Origin: Promethearchaeota archaeon
GTDB taxonomy: Archaea > Asgardarchaeota > Hermodarchaeia > Hermodarchaeales > Hermodarchaeaceae
Assembly (NCBI GenBank): GCA_048938385.1
Contig: JBHLMG010000006.1
Span: 1-64,000 of the forward strand
Length of the DNA stretch: 64,000 nt
Direction of reading: 5' to 3'
Part shown: positions 10,156 through 20,704 of the stretch, in pieces
Layout: each line of letters starts with the position of its first letter
Numbering within the stretch: position 1 is the stretch's first letter
The notes under the pieces: model-generated
What the model saw: the letters and a program-made list of their open reading frames with translations, nothing else
What the model was told of the DNA's origin: nothing
The model's database searches: none
Position numbers and translations under genes: made by a program

Positions 10156-11466
10156 ATGATGAAGAAAATCGGCATCCGTCGAGAGAATAAATCCTTTGAA
10201 CTCCGTACACCCATTGTGCCCACAGATGTTCAGACCCTTATGAAGGACCATGGGCTCGAATTTGTGGTTGAACCATCCCCACCTCGAGCATTTTCAGAAG
10301 CGCTTTACCGAGAAGTTGGTGCGTCGGTCGGCGATCTTCGTGGAAAAGATGTGCCCATAATTTTTGGTATAAAAGAAGTCCCAAAGGAAGTCTTCGAACC
10401 CGGTAAGGTCTATCTCTTCTTTGCCCATGTGATCAAAGGGCAGTCGTACAATATGACCATGCTTCAACGGATGTTGGATGTGGGTGTAACTCTGATTGAT
10501 TATGAACGCGTTGTTGAAGTTGATTCAGGTCGGAGGCTCGTGTTCTTTGGTAATTGGGCAGGATATGCCGGAATGGCAGAGACGTTGCGCGCATTAGGAA
10601 AGCGGCTCACGATTCAAGGCGTTACACCAAATCCCTTTGCAAGGCTACGACCAACTTACGAATATGAGGGGATGGATGCTTTACAAAAGGCAATCAAAGA
10701 AGTTGGTGATCGAATCAAAATCGAAGGCTTTGCACCTGAATTGGCACCAATGTGTGTTGGGTTTATTGGGTATGGTAACACCTCTCGTGGAGCTCAAGCC
10801 ATTTTTGATCTCCTTCCCCATAAGACCGTAGAACCTGCTGAAGTGTCACAGCTCCAGCCAGATACTCACTTATTATACAAAGTCGTTTTTCGCGAAGAAC
10901 ACACAGTTCGACCAAAGGACCCTTCCCAACCTTTTATCCTTCAACACTACTATGAACATGGAAAAATCTTGTACGAATCTAGTTTCGTCCAATACCTTCC
11001 CCACCTTACGGTGTTGATGAATTGCATTTATTGGACCGAGAAATATCCAAAAATGATAACGAAAGCCGAACTCCGGCAACACTGGAACGCTACTCAAGGC
11101 AAGCCGAAATTAATAATCGTAGGCGACATTAGCTGTGATATTCAAGGAGCAATCGAGTTTACCGTTGATTGCACCAAACCCGATAATCCAACTTTCGTCT
11201 ACGATCCTATCCAAGAAAAAGCCGAATTAGGCATCGATGGGCAAGGAATTGTCGTCATGGCAGTAGACAACCTACCCACCGAGTTACCCCGTGAAGCATC
11301 GACATCCTTCAGTGAAACTCTACGACGGTTTATTCCAGCAATAGCAAAGGCAGATTATTCGGTACCTTTTGAGGAGTTGGCGTTGCCCCCAGAGGTAAAG
11401 AAAGCCGTTATCGTCTATCAAGGTAAACTAACGCCAGAATATGAGTACCTGCAAAAGTATTTGTAA
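10156..11466 (+). CDS. Lysine-2-oxoglutarate reductase (LKR)-like protein, AlaDh/PNT fold
   Basis: IGIRRENK..ELRTP, FFAHVIKGQ.YNM, LIDYE, DISCDIQGAIEF, MAVDNLPTELPREAS match the LKR domain of AASS. Confidence 0.85.
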   Translation: MMKKIGIRRENKSFELRTPIVPTDVQTLMKDHGLEFVVEPSPPRAFSEALYREVGASVGDLRGKDVPIIFGIKEVPKEVFEPGKVYLFFAHVIKGQSYNMTMLQRMLDVGVTLIDYERVVEVDSGRRLVFFGNWAGYAGMAETLRALGKRLTIQGVTPNPFARLRPTYEYEGMDALQKAIKEVGDRIKIEGFAPELAPMCVGFIGYGNTSRGAQAIFDLLPHKTVEPAEVSQLQPDTHLLYKVVFREEHTVRPKDPSQPFILQHYYEHGKILYESSFVQYLPHLTVLMNCIYWTEKYPKMITKAELRQHWNATQGKPKLIIVGDISCDIQGAIEFTVDCTKPDNPTFVYDPIQEKAELGIDGQGIVVMAVDNLPTELPREASTSFSETLRRFIPAIAKADYSVPFEELALPPEVKKAVIVYQGKLTPEYEYLQKYL

Positions 11467-11504
11467 TCAAAGAACAGGAGACGAAATATGGAGGCGAACT
11501 CGGG

Positions 11505-12827
11505 ATGAAAAATGTACTAGTTCTTGGCGCAGGAATGGTAGCGCGCCCATATGTAGAATACATGCTTGATCATGATTATCATGTTACCGTTGCCAGCCGA
11601 ACAGTGAGCAAGGCGATGCAACTCATAGGTGATCACCCTAATAGCGAAGCGCGTTCGTTTGATATTGCGCGGCAAACCAAGGAATTGAAAGATCTAATAA
11701 AGCCGGTTGAACTCGTCATATCACTCCTTCCCTACACCTTTCATGTTCAGGTCGCTCGTGAATGCCTGCGACAGAAAGTGAACCTGGTTACCACTTCGTA
11801 TGTCTCCGATGAGATGCGCACGCTGGATGGACAAGCCAAGCGTGCAGGAATCATTCTTTTGAACGAATGTGGGGTGGACCCAGGACAGGACCACATGTCT
11901 GCCATGAAAATTATTCACAGAGCCCAAGCAGAAGGAGCGAAGGTCACATCCTTCACAAGCTTCACAGGAGGACTACCAGCCCCAGAAGCCAACAACAACC
12001 CTATGGGCTACAAACTTTCCTGGAGTCCACGAGGGGTTCTGTTGGCTGGCCGCAACTCGGCTCAGTTTCTTAAAGATGGTAAAACCATCATAATTCCTAG
12101 CGAAGAACTCTTCGCAAGTTGTCATATTGAAAATGTACCCGAACTCGGTGATTTTGAAGGCTATCCTAACCGAGATTCACTTCAATACATTGACCTCTAT
12201 GGCTTGCGGGGTATCCAAACCATGTTGCGTGGCACTCTGCGATATCCCGGCTGGTGTAAGACCATGTATAATATTGGTCGCCTGGGATTACTCAGTATTG
12301 ATGAACAGCCTCTCCACAACCAGTCCTACGCTGATTTTATTTGGAAGCACCTCAATCTCCCCTCTGGTGGCAGTGTTAAGGAGCAAGTCGCTGCTCATCT
12401 TAAACTCCCAACTGATGATGCCGTGATTGATCGGCTGGAGTGGCTTGGCCTCTTCGAGGATGACCGGATCCCCCTAACCCGTGGTGCCCCTATTGATGTG
12501 CTAGTGACCCTTTTTGAGGAAAAGCTTCGATACGCAGAAGGTGAACGCGATATGATCGTCATGCAGCACCAGTTCACCATCCACCACACCGATAACACCG
12601 AAGAGCTTGTGCGCTCCACTCTCATCGATTATGGCATACCAGATGGCGATTCGTCTATGAGTCGTACCGTCGCCCTTCCAGCCGCCATTGCTTCACATCT
12701 CATCTTAGAAGGAGAAATTCAGCTCAAGGGCGTTCAAATTCCTCTTGTTCCAGAATTGTACGAGCCTATTCTGAAAGAACTCGAATCCTTGGACATCTGT
12801 TTTAAAGAAGAAAGCTCAACAGTCTAA
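11505..12827 (+). CDS. Saccharopine dehydrogenase (Lys9/SDH-type, glutamate-forming)
   Basis: VLVLGAGMV, ISLLPY, NECGVDPGQDHM, GGLPAPEANNNPMGYKLSWSP, GYPNRDS, RGTLRYPG. Confidence 0.92.
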   Translation: MKNVLVLGAGMVARPYVEYMLDHDYHVTVASRTVSKAMQLIGDHPNSEARSFDIARQTKELKDLIKPVELVISLLPYTFHVQVARECLRQKVNLVTTSYVSDEMRTLDGQAKRAGIILLNECGVDPGQDHMSAMKIIHRAQAEGAKVTSFTSFTGGLPAPEANNNPMGYKLSWSPRGVLLAGRNSAQFLKDGKTIIIPSEELFASCHIENVPELGDFEGYPNRDSLQYIDLYGLRGIQTMLRGTLRYPGWCKTMYNIGRLGLLSIDEQPLHNQSYADFIWKHLNLPSGGSVKEQVAAHLKLPTDDAVIDRLEWLGLFEDDRIPLTRGAPIDVLVTLFEEKLRYAEGERDMIVMQHQFTIHHTDNTEELVRSTLIDYGIPDGDSSMSRTVALPAAIASHLILEGEIQLKGVQIPLVPELYEPILKELESLDICFKEESSTV

Positions 12828-12906
12828 AGAGAGCTCTAGTGGAAAGAACCTTTTAGTAGCTAGCAGATACCTTCGCTAGATAATCGGAGGCGTTAGGTGT
12901 CGAGAC

Positions 12907-13824
12907 ATGCAACGCAAAACCTTCATTATCCTTGGCATCATAGCCTTGGTGATTACCTTAGATGTGATTTGGGCGATTCTAAATTATATGATACCATACT
13001 TTCTTGGAATTCCACTCGACCTCGTTTACTGGATCCCAGGAGGAATTATCACAGATTGGATTATCATCTTTTACCTAATCCCAGTCCTAGCAATAGGCTT
13101 CTATATCATGATGGGCTTCTTCGCTCCGCGCAGGATTGTCCTACCCCTGAACCGAATTCTTAACCCAGGACCAGAAGTGTATTATTATGGTTTGAGTACG
13201 AAGGAACCTCGCCAATTGACCTCCATAGCACGCCGGGCGGTCTTTGCGCTAATAATCACCCTTGGGCTTTCATTAACTATAGCAAATTACTTTGGTCCTT
13301 TCATTATTATATACGAACCTTCACTCCCTCTCACAGCAAATGTTTGGAACGCCGCTGCAGTAATTACGCCGATTGTCTTTCTTGTTTTGGGATTAATACT
13401 ATCCCCATCGTGGTTAATTGACGATGCCAACATCATTTTCCACAGTCAGCCTCCCAGCGGTGCCCAGGAACTGATGAGTGCCAGTCGAGTCTTATTGTAT
13501 CTACTCGCAGGTTATGCTAGTATCTCAGTGATCATCGATTATGCGGGTTTGGTCGCAAATATCGGACTCATCTATCTTTCAGCCGGATTTCTTGCCCCGC
13601 CCTGGGTGCCTTCTTGGTTCTTCGTGTTGATTACTCTCATAAATCCTATCATCTTCATCTACATCCCCCTTCTAGCACTGCTTGGTTATCAACAATATCT
13701 ACCAACCCTTCAGAAGCATTTGAAAGCTCACATGGATGCGCGTGGAACTCAACAAATTTCAGAAATGGTGGTTGTTGATGTTGATATCTCTGACTACCTA
13801 GGAACTGAAGAGAAGCCCCAATAA
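12907..13824 (+). CDS. Hypothetical multi-pass membrane protein
   Basis: 305 aa with about 6 hydrophobic segments. Confidence 0.7.
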   Translation: MQRKTFIILGIIALVITLDVIWAILNYMIPYFLGIPLDLVYWIPGGIITDWIIIFYLIPVLAIGFYIMMGFFAPRRIVLPLNRILNPGPEVYYYGLSTKEPRQLTSIARRAVFALIITLGLSLTIANYFGPFIIIYEPSLPLTANVWNAAAVITPIVFLVLGLILSPSWLIDDANIIFHSQPPSGAQELMSASRVLLYLLAGYASISVIIDYAGLVANIGLIYLSAGFLAPPWVPSWFFVLITLINPIIFIYIPLLALLGYQQYLPTLQKHLKAHMDARGTQQISEMVVVDVDISDYLGTEEKPQ

Positions 13825-13878
13825 CTTCTTGAATCAAAAGATAGCAAATCCTGAATCAAATAGTGAAAGTCAAGACCC

Positions 13879-14526
13879 GTGAATCTCACCCCTCCGGTAA
13901 AGCCATATGTAACTTTTCCACTCCAAGGAGTTATGGACTCCGTTCGCTTTTCCCAACAAATGGATTTCATCGCTGAAGCTGATAAGCTCAAACAAGTACT
14001 CCGCCAATCCTGGCTTGTAGATGGAAGCCGGCAAGAAACCGATGCTGAACACTCATGGCACATTGCCCTAATCGCCCTCTTATTCAAGGAATATTCCAAC
14101 TTAGAAGATCTGGACCTGTTCAAAGTAATTAAGATGCTTCTAATACACGATATTGTTGAAATCGATGCAGGTGACACATTCATCTATGATGAAGAGCAGA
14201 ACGCAGACAAAACTGAACGAGAACTGAAAGCAGCCCACCGCCTTTTTGGATTATTACCGCAAGACCAACGACACGAATACCTCCAGTTATGGGAAGAGTT
14301 TGAAACCCAGGCTAGTCCAGAAGCACAATTTGCTAGAGCCGTGGATTCTATGCAGCCATTAATTCTTGCATACCTTAATGGTGGATGCTCCTGGAAAACC
14401 CATGGAATTCGACGACATCAGGTCGTCAACTCGAAACAACACATGGAAGAGGGATCTGCGATCTTGTGGGAGCAGACTCAAAGACTTCTGCGAAAAGCCG
14501 TAAAGAAAGGATTTCTTCAAGACTAG
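13879..14526 (+). CDS. HD-domain phosphohydrolase (YfbR/HDDC2-like); real start may be MDSVRF at about 13933
   Basis: ETDAEHSWH, IHDIVEIDAGDT, LWEEFE..SPEA.FA..VD. Confidence 0.9.
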   Translation: MNLTPPVKPYVTFPLQGVMDSVRFSQQMDFIAEADKLKQVLRQSWLVDGSRQETDAEHSWHIALIALLFKEYSNLEDLDLFKVIKMLLIHDIVEIDAGDTFIYDEEQNADKTERELKAAHRLFGLLPQDQRHEYLQLWEEFETQASPEAQFARAVDSMQPLILAYLNGGCSWKTHGIRRHQVVNSKQHMEEGSAILWEQTQRLLRKAVKKGFLQD

Positions 14527-14607
14527 TTTACACTCCTAAATGAATGAAATAACTTTGAAACTGTCACTTCCGTAACATTCAAACAAGGAAAGAGTAACCC
14601 AACACCT

Positions 14608-15561
14608 ATGAAGCTTGGAGACATTTACCGATTTATCGTTAACATGGGAATTAAAGCCGATCCCCGTGGTACAGAAAAGGTAAAGAAAGTCCTTGAAGCA
14701 TCGAAGAAGAAACTCGATAAGCTAGAGGGCAGAAAGAAAGAACTCGCTGACCAGGATATCACTTGGAACCCTTATCCTGATTGTCGCTTGTTACATGGGG
14801 ATTCCGACCACGAGGTGAAGACTATCCTCGCTGGAATTGACATTACACCAGGCGAAATTGTCCTTGCTGACCGGTTAATTGAAAAGGGAAAATCGATTGA
14901 CCTTGTGCTGGCGCATCACCCTCATGGTATTGGTATCGCACATCTCGACTTTCTCATGCGCCTCCAACCGGAACATTGGGCAAAGATAGGAGTCCCGATT
15001 GCCCAAGCGGAGTCTGCTATGGCGAAACGAGTCAAGGAAGTCCATTGGGCTATCAAACCGCGAAATCACACCCAAACCATGGATGCCGCACGCCTACTCG
15101 ATTTACCTTTTATGTGTGCTCATACACCTGCTGATTCTCTTGGCTATCAGTACCTTACCGACTTCCTTCAAGAGAAAAACCCCCTCACCCTCGGAGACCT
15201 TGTGGATGCTCTTCTCGAAATTCCAGAATACCAACAAGCCGAAAAAGTGGGAGCAGGACCTGAAATCCTCATAGGCAATACTGAAGGGAGCGTGGGTGAA
15301 AAGTTCGTCTTCTTCACCGGCGGAACAAGCCCTGGACCCGAATCTATTCCTAAGCTCGCCCGGGCTGGTGTGAGTACCATAGTGACAATGCACTGGACAG
15401 ACGCCCTCAAAGAAGCCACAGAGAAGGAAGGCATCTATGTGGTCATTGCAGGTCATGATAGCTCAGATTCAATTGGTATGAATCTAATTCTTGATGAGTT
15501 GGAGAAGAAGGGCATCAAATCATATGCCTGTTCAGGGCTGTTCCGGCATAAGCGCAGCTAA
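14608..15561 (+). CDS. Nif3-like dinuclear metal-centre protein
   Basis: GIKADPRG, NPYPD, LAHHPHG, HTPAD, AGHDSSDSIG. Confidence 0.85.
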   Translation: MKLGDIYRFIVNMGIKADPRGTEKVKKVLEASKKKLDKLEGRKKELADQDITWNPYPDCRLLHGDSDHEVKTILAGIDITPGEIVLADRLIEKGKSIDLVLAHHPHGIGIAHLDFLMRLQPEHWAKIGVPIAQAESAMAKRVKEVHWAIKPRNHTQTMDAARLLDLPFMCAHTPADSLGYQYLTDFLQEKNPLTLGDLVDALLEIPEYQQAEKVGAGPEILIGNTEGSVGEKFVFFTGGTSPGPESIPKLARAGVSTIVTMHWTDALKEATEKEGIYVVIAGHDSSDSIGMNLILDELEKKGIKSYACSGLFRHKRS

Positions 15562-15637
15562 TCGAAGAGCAACCATATCTCGATTTCGAAAAAAGGAAAA
15601 AGCCCGGGCAAGACCGGGCAATACCAACTTGATCGAG

Positions 15638-16876
15638 CTACTTCTCTTTGTCGATGGTTTCGAGTTCCTGACCCTTCGTTTCGTAAGGCTTGCTAAGTAG
15701 TGATAACAGCGGGACAATCATGATGACCCCTGCGACAATCCAGAATCCATCCATCAAGGGAAAGAGTTGAAGGAGAAGCACGCTTAGAAGGGGAGCTACC
15801 ACATAGGCGAGTCGGGATCCCATTACGGCGATTCCAACACCTGTAGCGCGCACTTTAGTGGGGAAGATTTCTGTCACATAGATGTAAATCCATGCCAGCA
15901 CCATAGCCATGAAGAAGTAGATACCCCAGAAGAAGGCAGGTAAAGTCGTAAGACCAAGACCAACGAAGGAAACGATGGCACCGATTGATCCCACTACTAG
16001 AGTAATGCGGCGACCCACCTTTTCCAGTAACACACCAGAGATAATAGCACTGATGGGAAGCATAAGACCAGCAACTGTGAGAATTGTTCGCCATTGTGCA
16101 CCCATTAGTAAAATGTTCTCGTAGTAATGGCCACCCCAAGTTGTTCCGAGCTTAAAGGACAAAGACCAAGTAAGGTATACAAAGGTAGCAACGATAACAT
16201 AGACCAAGTCTCGTCGATTGAACTGTTTCAACGCTTGGATAAAGCCCATCCGTTTCTCTCCGCTTCCTTGTACCGCGGTCCAGCGTCCTGTTTCCTTCAT
16301 AATGAGGAGTAGCAGAATGAGAACGAGCATGATGAAGAACATTATGCCGTAGCTCCACCTCCAGCCAAGAGCATCAATGATGATAGGACCAAGGATGGAG
16401 GAGAGAGGAATGACGCTGACAAGGAAAGCGATACTGCCATAATAGGCACGACGTTTAGCAGGGGATTCCTCAGCTATGGGTACTTCCCAGAGATTGGAGG
16501 TAGTTCCCATTATTGCGATAGAATACAGCAGTAAAAACATGTAAAAACTGATTGGGTTAGCGAGCGAGAGCGGGGGTACTAGGATAATTAAGCCAGCAGG
16601 CACACCCATGACCAGTAAAAGTAGGAGAATGCCTTTTCGTCGTCCGAACGAGTCCGAGAACCAACCAATAAGAAACACAAGAAAGACAAGAACACCGAAG
16701 ATGCCCTGCCACAACCCAAAGATCCAATCGTTTACACCAGGAGTTAGGCCTAGTTCGAGGATAATTCTTGGCACTGCAGGAGTCTCAATGAGTGAAAGCC
16801 AGACATCGAGCTGGCCCACGAGACCCATGAAGAGCACGAGGAAGATCATATATTTTGTCGACCGTTGTTCTGACAT
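15638..16876 (-). CDS. MFS transporter
   Basis: Motif A GWFSDSFGRRKG, EESPAKRR, EIFPTKVRATGVG; about 12 TM. Confidence 0.9.
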   Translation of the reverse strand: MSEQRSTKYMIFLVLFMGLVGQLDVWLSLIETPAVPRIILELGLTPGVNDWIFGLWQGIFGVLVFLVFLIGWFSDSFGRRKGILLLLLVMGVPAGLIILVPPLSLANPISFYMFLLLYSIAIMGTTSNLWEVPIAEESPAKRRAYYGSIAFLVSVIPLSSILGPIIIDALGWRWSYGIMFFIMLVLILLLLIMKETGRWTAVQGSGEKRMGFIQALKQFNRRDLVYVIVATFVYLTWSLSFKLGTTWGGHYYENILLMGAQWRTILTVAGLMLPISAIISGVLLEKVGRRITLVVGSIGAIVSFVGLGLTTLPAFFWGIYFFMAMVLAWIYIYVTEIFPTKVRATGVGIAVMGSRLAYVVAPLLSVLLLQLFPLMDGFWIVAGVIMIVPLLSLLSKPYETKGQELETIDKEK

Positions 16877-17075
16877 TACAGGTCCCTCGTAACCCCCTTG
16901 TTTGCGTAGTTTTGCTATAAAAGACCGTATGTACCTCGAATAATAGCTTGAATTTATTAAACAAGATTCTTTAAACCGCTCACTACCACCTTCAGCTTAA
17001 CTTCTTAAAGGCGTTTTTTCTTTTTTCCCATGCGCTTAACAAATTGATTCTGTTACAGCCTAATCACGAAAGGGA

Positions 17076-17510
17076 GTGTATAGGGTGCACCAGAATTCGA
17101 GGCACAATTTGTCAATTTCACCTTCAAGGCCTAACAATTCGTCAAATGAAGCAGTCGTCCAAAAGCGTGGAGCAGGCACATATGCAGCCTTTCTTTTTGT
17201 TTTCCTTGGAGCATTAGCTTCAACGGTGGTGTTCGGGTTGAGTTTATGGTTTCAGCTGACCGTCCGATTTCCCACTTTGATTGGTACTCCCCTTGAACAC
17301 CAAATTACTCAATACCTCCTCATGGACACCCTCACCCTCCTTGGAGCCATCCTGCTCTTCTCCAGTAGCCTTTTAATTTACCTTCAGAGCAGTTGGCCTA
17401 TTGATGTCATACTTGCCATTATTGGAGCCATCATTACTGTTGCGATCATTAGCGTGGTTCTTGGCATCATAGGAGGAATCCTAGCCCTATTCAACCGCCC
17501 TAAGCGGTAA
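17076..17510 (+). CDS. Hypothetical small membrane protein
   Basis: 3-4 hydrophobic segments; start uncertain. Confidence 0.55.
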   Translation: MYRVHQNSRHNLSISPSRPNNSSNEAVVQKRGAGTYAAFLFVFLGALASTVVFGLSLWFQLTVRFPTLIGTPLEHQITQYLLMDTLTLLGAILLFSSSLLIYLQSSWPIDVILAIIGAIITVAIISVVLGIIGGILALFNRPKR

Positions 17511-17531
17511 TCTTTAACTCAGTGAATTTAA

Positions 17532-18428
17532 CTAACATTTGCTTGGATTGCGAAAGGGTCGGTGTTTTTCGTAAAGAACCAGCTGACTTGAGAATGTACG
17601 CTGTTTTAATCCTGGGATTTCCTGAGCTGCCTGAAACTGCCTTGAATGAAAACACAAGAATTCCTGAGCAAGTTCTCTCTTTGCCGTTTCAAGTTGATGG
17701 GAGAGTGCAGAATAGAAGGATTTTGAATCTGATGCGTAGATGGTTGAGATCCATACTAGCGTATCGCGAATAGAACCAAGATAGCCAAAAGATAAGGATG
17801 CCCTTGTACAGTTCTCACCTCCTTTCCAGAAGCGAAATCGCTCACCCATTGACTTGAATAGTTCCTTTGTAAAATCGAAGGCGTGCCAATTGTAGGTAAT
17901 GATACCTTCCGGAACGAGGACGGAATGAGCTTCTAGGAATGCATAGGCTTCCTGTGGAGTGCATGAAACGATGGGAACAGATACATCTTTCCAACGAATA
18001 CCACGAAACTTGCCTTTCCAAAAAATCTTCATCTGAAGAATCGGGCGCATGCCAATACGCATCGTTATGCGTCGAGTTGCTTCGTTTTCCACGGTAGTAG
18101 CAAGCCGAAGCCGTTTGACGCCTAGGGCTTCGGCTTCCGAGATGAGGCGTTGCGTCATGGTCCAAGCAAACCCTCGTTTTCGATATCGCCAATGGACCCG
18201 CATGTGCTCCATCCACGCCGTCTTCCCATTATCAATGAGGTTCAGATTTGCAAAGGCTACAATCCGATTCTTAAACTCCATGACAAAAAGATACGAAGCA
18301 GGGTTTTCAATGAGATCGTCCAACTCATAGGGAAGCTGATCATAACCGCCCCATGTGTGCTTCGAGATCTCTATGAGGGAAGCTCTATCTGATGGTAGAA
18401 AAGCGCGTATGTGCACCAAGTCGGTCAT
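17532..18428 (-). CDS. GNAT family N-acetyltransferase
   Basis: WMEHMRVHWRYRKRGFA acetyl-CoA motif, LRLAT..ENEA. Confidence 0.85.
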   Translation of the reverse strand: MTDLVHIRAFLPSDRASLIEISKHTWGGYDQLPYELDDLIENPASYLFVMEFKNRIVAFANLNLIDNGKTAWMEHMRVHWRYRKRGFAWTMTQRLISEAEALGVKRLRLATTVENEATRRITMRIGMRPILQMKIFWKGKFRGIRWKDVSVPIVSCTPQEAYAFLEAHSVLVPEGIITYNWHAFDFTKELFKSMGERFRFWKGGENCTRASLSFGYLGSIRDTLVWISTIYASDSKSFYSALSHQLETAKRELAQEFLCFHSRQFQAAQEIPGLKQRTFSSQLVLYEKHRPFRNPSKC

Positions 18429-18457
18429 GATTTCACCAAAAAATGTGTGATTACCGG

Positions 18458-18973
18458 TTATACCACCAGGGAGAAAGAGGTGATGGCAGGATTAAAGAAC
18501 ACTTCATTTTCCGCTCTAAAATAACCTTCTTTCGAAGTAGCAAGTAGCATGTACAAAAACTGTTTGTCAGCATAGAAGACGCATTTACCCACCATAGATT
18601 GCTGGGGAAGCTTGAAATCGAATACGACTTGAAACCCTTTTAACTGGCCTTGAGGAAGAATAATATTCTCCTTGGATATGAAGGAAAAATTCGAAGCATT
18701 AGGAAGAACATGTTTCATTGAGCCTACAAGGCTTTTGACCAGTTCCACTTGAATGCCTAAATCATGAACATCTGCAATCGCTTCATGTGGTTGAGATGCC
18801 ATGACTGCGAAAGTAGCCATGGTTAACTTGTTCACAAACATGATGAACCCTGGTTGTTTGACTCTAATGGTCCAGTTTCTTATCTTAGGGTAGAAGAAGG
18901 AAAACCCAAACTTAGAATCAGCATAATACTCCCTAACTGTGCCATTGTAATTCGACATCGCTATACCCACCAA
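18458..18973 (-). CDS. Hypothetical protein, possible PsbP/Mog1-like fold
   Basis: Y.D.KFGFSFFYP..W near the N-terminus and F...ITSF at the C-terminus resemble PsbP-like proteins. Confidence 0.5.
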   Translation of the reverse strand: MVGIAMSNYNGTVREYYADSKFGFSFFYPKIRNWTIRVKQPGFIMFVNKLTMATFAVMASQPHEAIADVHDLGIQVELVKSLVGSMKHVLPNASNFSFISKENIILPQGQLKGFQVVFDFKLPQQSMVGKCVFYADKQFLYMLLATSKEGYFRAENEVFFNPAITSFSLVV

Positions 18974-19213
18974 AATTTATCCTCTATCCTACATCTCTGG
19001 CAGTAATGCATGATAATGGTTATATCTCCACTAAACACTTTATTTTTCCCAGTTTTAAGCGATTTGAGACGAAAATAATCAGGAACTATCTTTTTATCCA
19101 ACTGTAATCTAGTGCCCAATCGAGGTGGTGTATTGTGGGTTGGGATTTCTCTGAAATGCAAATGACGAGCTCCCAATTCATAGCAATTACACTTTCAGGT
19201 GGAGAACTGAACT

Positions 19214-20023
19214 TTGATCGATCGGCGTGTTGCGGATTTTTTCCAATATTGGCGTGAGCAATATCAATGGCCCTTAGTTCGTTCACGAGTTAACACTGAG
19301 AACAAGATTCAGGAATTTTTAAAAAATGCTCAATCCGCTGTTTTTTCAGGGAAGATAGAACGCCTGAGAAGCAGCCTGATGCAAATCCACCGTTGGAAGA
19401 CACGCAACCAGGCCGGAATCACTGACCATTATGCCAAACAACTTGAAAAAGAGCCGAAACGCGTACGAGAACTCCAAAAACTGCTTCCTATTACTGTTGA
19501 AACATCCAGCATAGACCTGAAAAAAATCTTAGATTTAATGCGATTTCCCGATTGTAACTTACCTGTTTGTACAGCACAACTAAGCTTTCTATCAGGTCGT
19601 GTGTTTCCGATTCTAGACCGGTTTCTAGCCCAATTCTTTAGTCGAAAACTCCACCCCATGATTCTCCGATGGGCTGAATACGATATTCCCAATATTTTAG
19701 AGATAATCGGAAAAATTGACTTTATCCTTGAAGACGACGGTCGTGGTATAGGAGCCCCTAGGCTAGCAGTATATACGCAACCCGCCTACCGAAAGAATCG
19801 GAACCTCTATGTGGAGCAGCTTATTCCACGACTCCAAAACCTCGCAGAAAAATTTCAAGAATCTGATATGACTTATCAAGGTATTGATCGACACCAGCAC
19901 CCGTTTACCAGCGTTGACCTGCAGATGGCTATTTTCATATTTGGTAAAAGAAACACGCGATTATTCAGACAATTCTACAAAGCACCACCAATTCCCAGCC
20001 TTATAATTTTAACAAAAGAGTGA
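19214..20023 (+). CDS. Hypothetical protein, possible HhH-glycosylase-like fold
   Basis: IHRWKT ... CNLPVCTAQLSFLSGRVFPILDRF ... VDLQMAIF resembles the WK..G.P.ASA.L....P..D..D.AL pattern. Confidence 0.55.
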   Translation: MIDRRVADFFQYWREQYQWPLVRSRVNTENKIQEFLKNAQSAVFSGKIERLRSSLMQIHRWKTRNQAGITDHYAKQLEKEPKRVRELQKLLPITVETSSIDLKKILDLMRFPDCNLPVCTAQLSFLSGRVFPILDRFLAQFFSRKLHPMILRWAEYDIPNILEIIGKIDFILEDDGRGIGAPRLAVYTQPAYRKNRNLYVEQLIPRLQNLAEKFQESDMTYQGIDRHQHPFTSVDLQMAIFIFGKRNTRLFRQFYKAPPIPSLIILTKE

Positions 20024-20625
20024 AGGATATCAACAAAATGAAGGTAATTGAAAGTTATCAAAAGTTAGCAAAAATCTCCCGTTCAACTGCAATCACCCGA
20101 CGCTATTTTGCCACCAACGCCTTTGATGGCACCTTAACTGTTATGGGGTTGATCCTTGGTAGTTACTTCACGATAATCCTTAATCCAAGCACTGTTCTGA
20201 GGGCAGGAATCGGTGCTTGTATTGCCATGATGTTTTCAGGATTTGCAGGAACTTACTTTGCAGAGCGTCTTATTCAACACGAACAATTACAGGAATTGGA
20301 AAAAGCAATGCTTCGAAAAATGGATAAAACACTCCCTAGCAGAGCTTCTCATTTCGTTATCGTATTAGCAGCAATTGTTGATGGGGCAGCGCCATTCATA
20401 ACCGGCTTGATTTGCCTAATTCCAATTGTTACCACAATGTTCGGCCTAATTACATGGAATCTAGCCATATTGATATCAACAATTAGTGGGTTAATCATAC
20501 TCTTTCTCTTGGGATTTTATATTGGTAGAGTGGCAAAGACGAATCCTTGGGTTCACGGTTTTCAAACCTTTGCTACAGGAATCGGTACCGCAATAGCAAT
20601 CATCCTCATACAACTAGTCATATAA
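20020..20625 (+). CDS. VIT1/CCC1 family metal transporter (archaeal type)
   Basis: RRYFATNAFDG, SGFAGTYFAER, ELEKAML, TM helices. Confidence 0.85.
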   Translation: MKDINKMKVIESYQKLAKISRSTAITRRYFATNAFDGTLTVMGLILGSYFTIILNPSTVLRAGIGACIAMMFSGFAGTYFAERLIQHEQLQELEKAMLRKMDKTLPSRASHFVIVLAAIVDGAAPFITGLICLIPIVTTMFGLITWNLAILISTISGLIILFLLGFYIGRVAKTNPWVHGFQTFATGIGTAIAIILIQLVI

Positions 20626-20704
20626 GAGAGGCAAGGAGCAATATTGAATTAAAAAAGCAGGATCAATGTCTAACAAGGGATTTTTAATGGTGGGATGATA
20701 GCCT

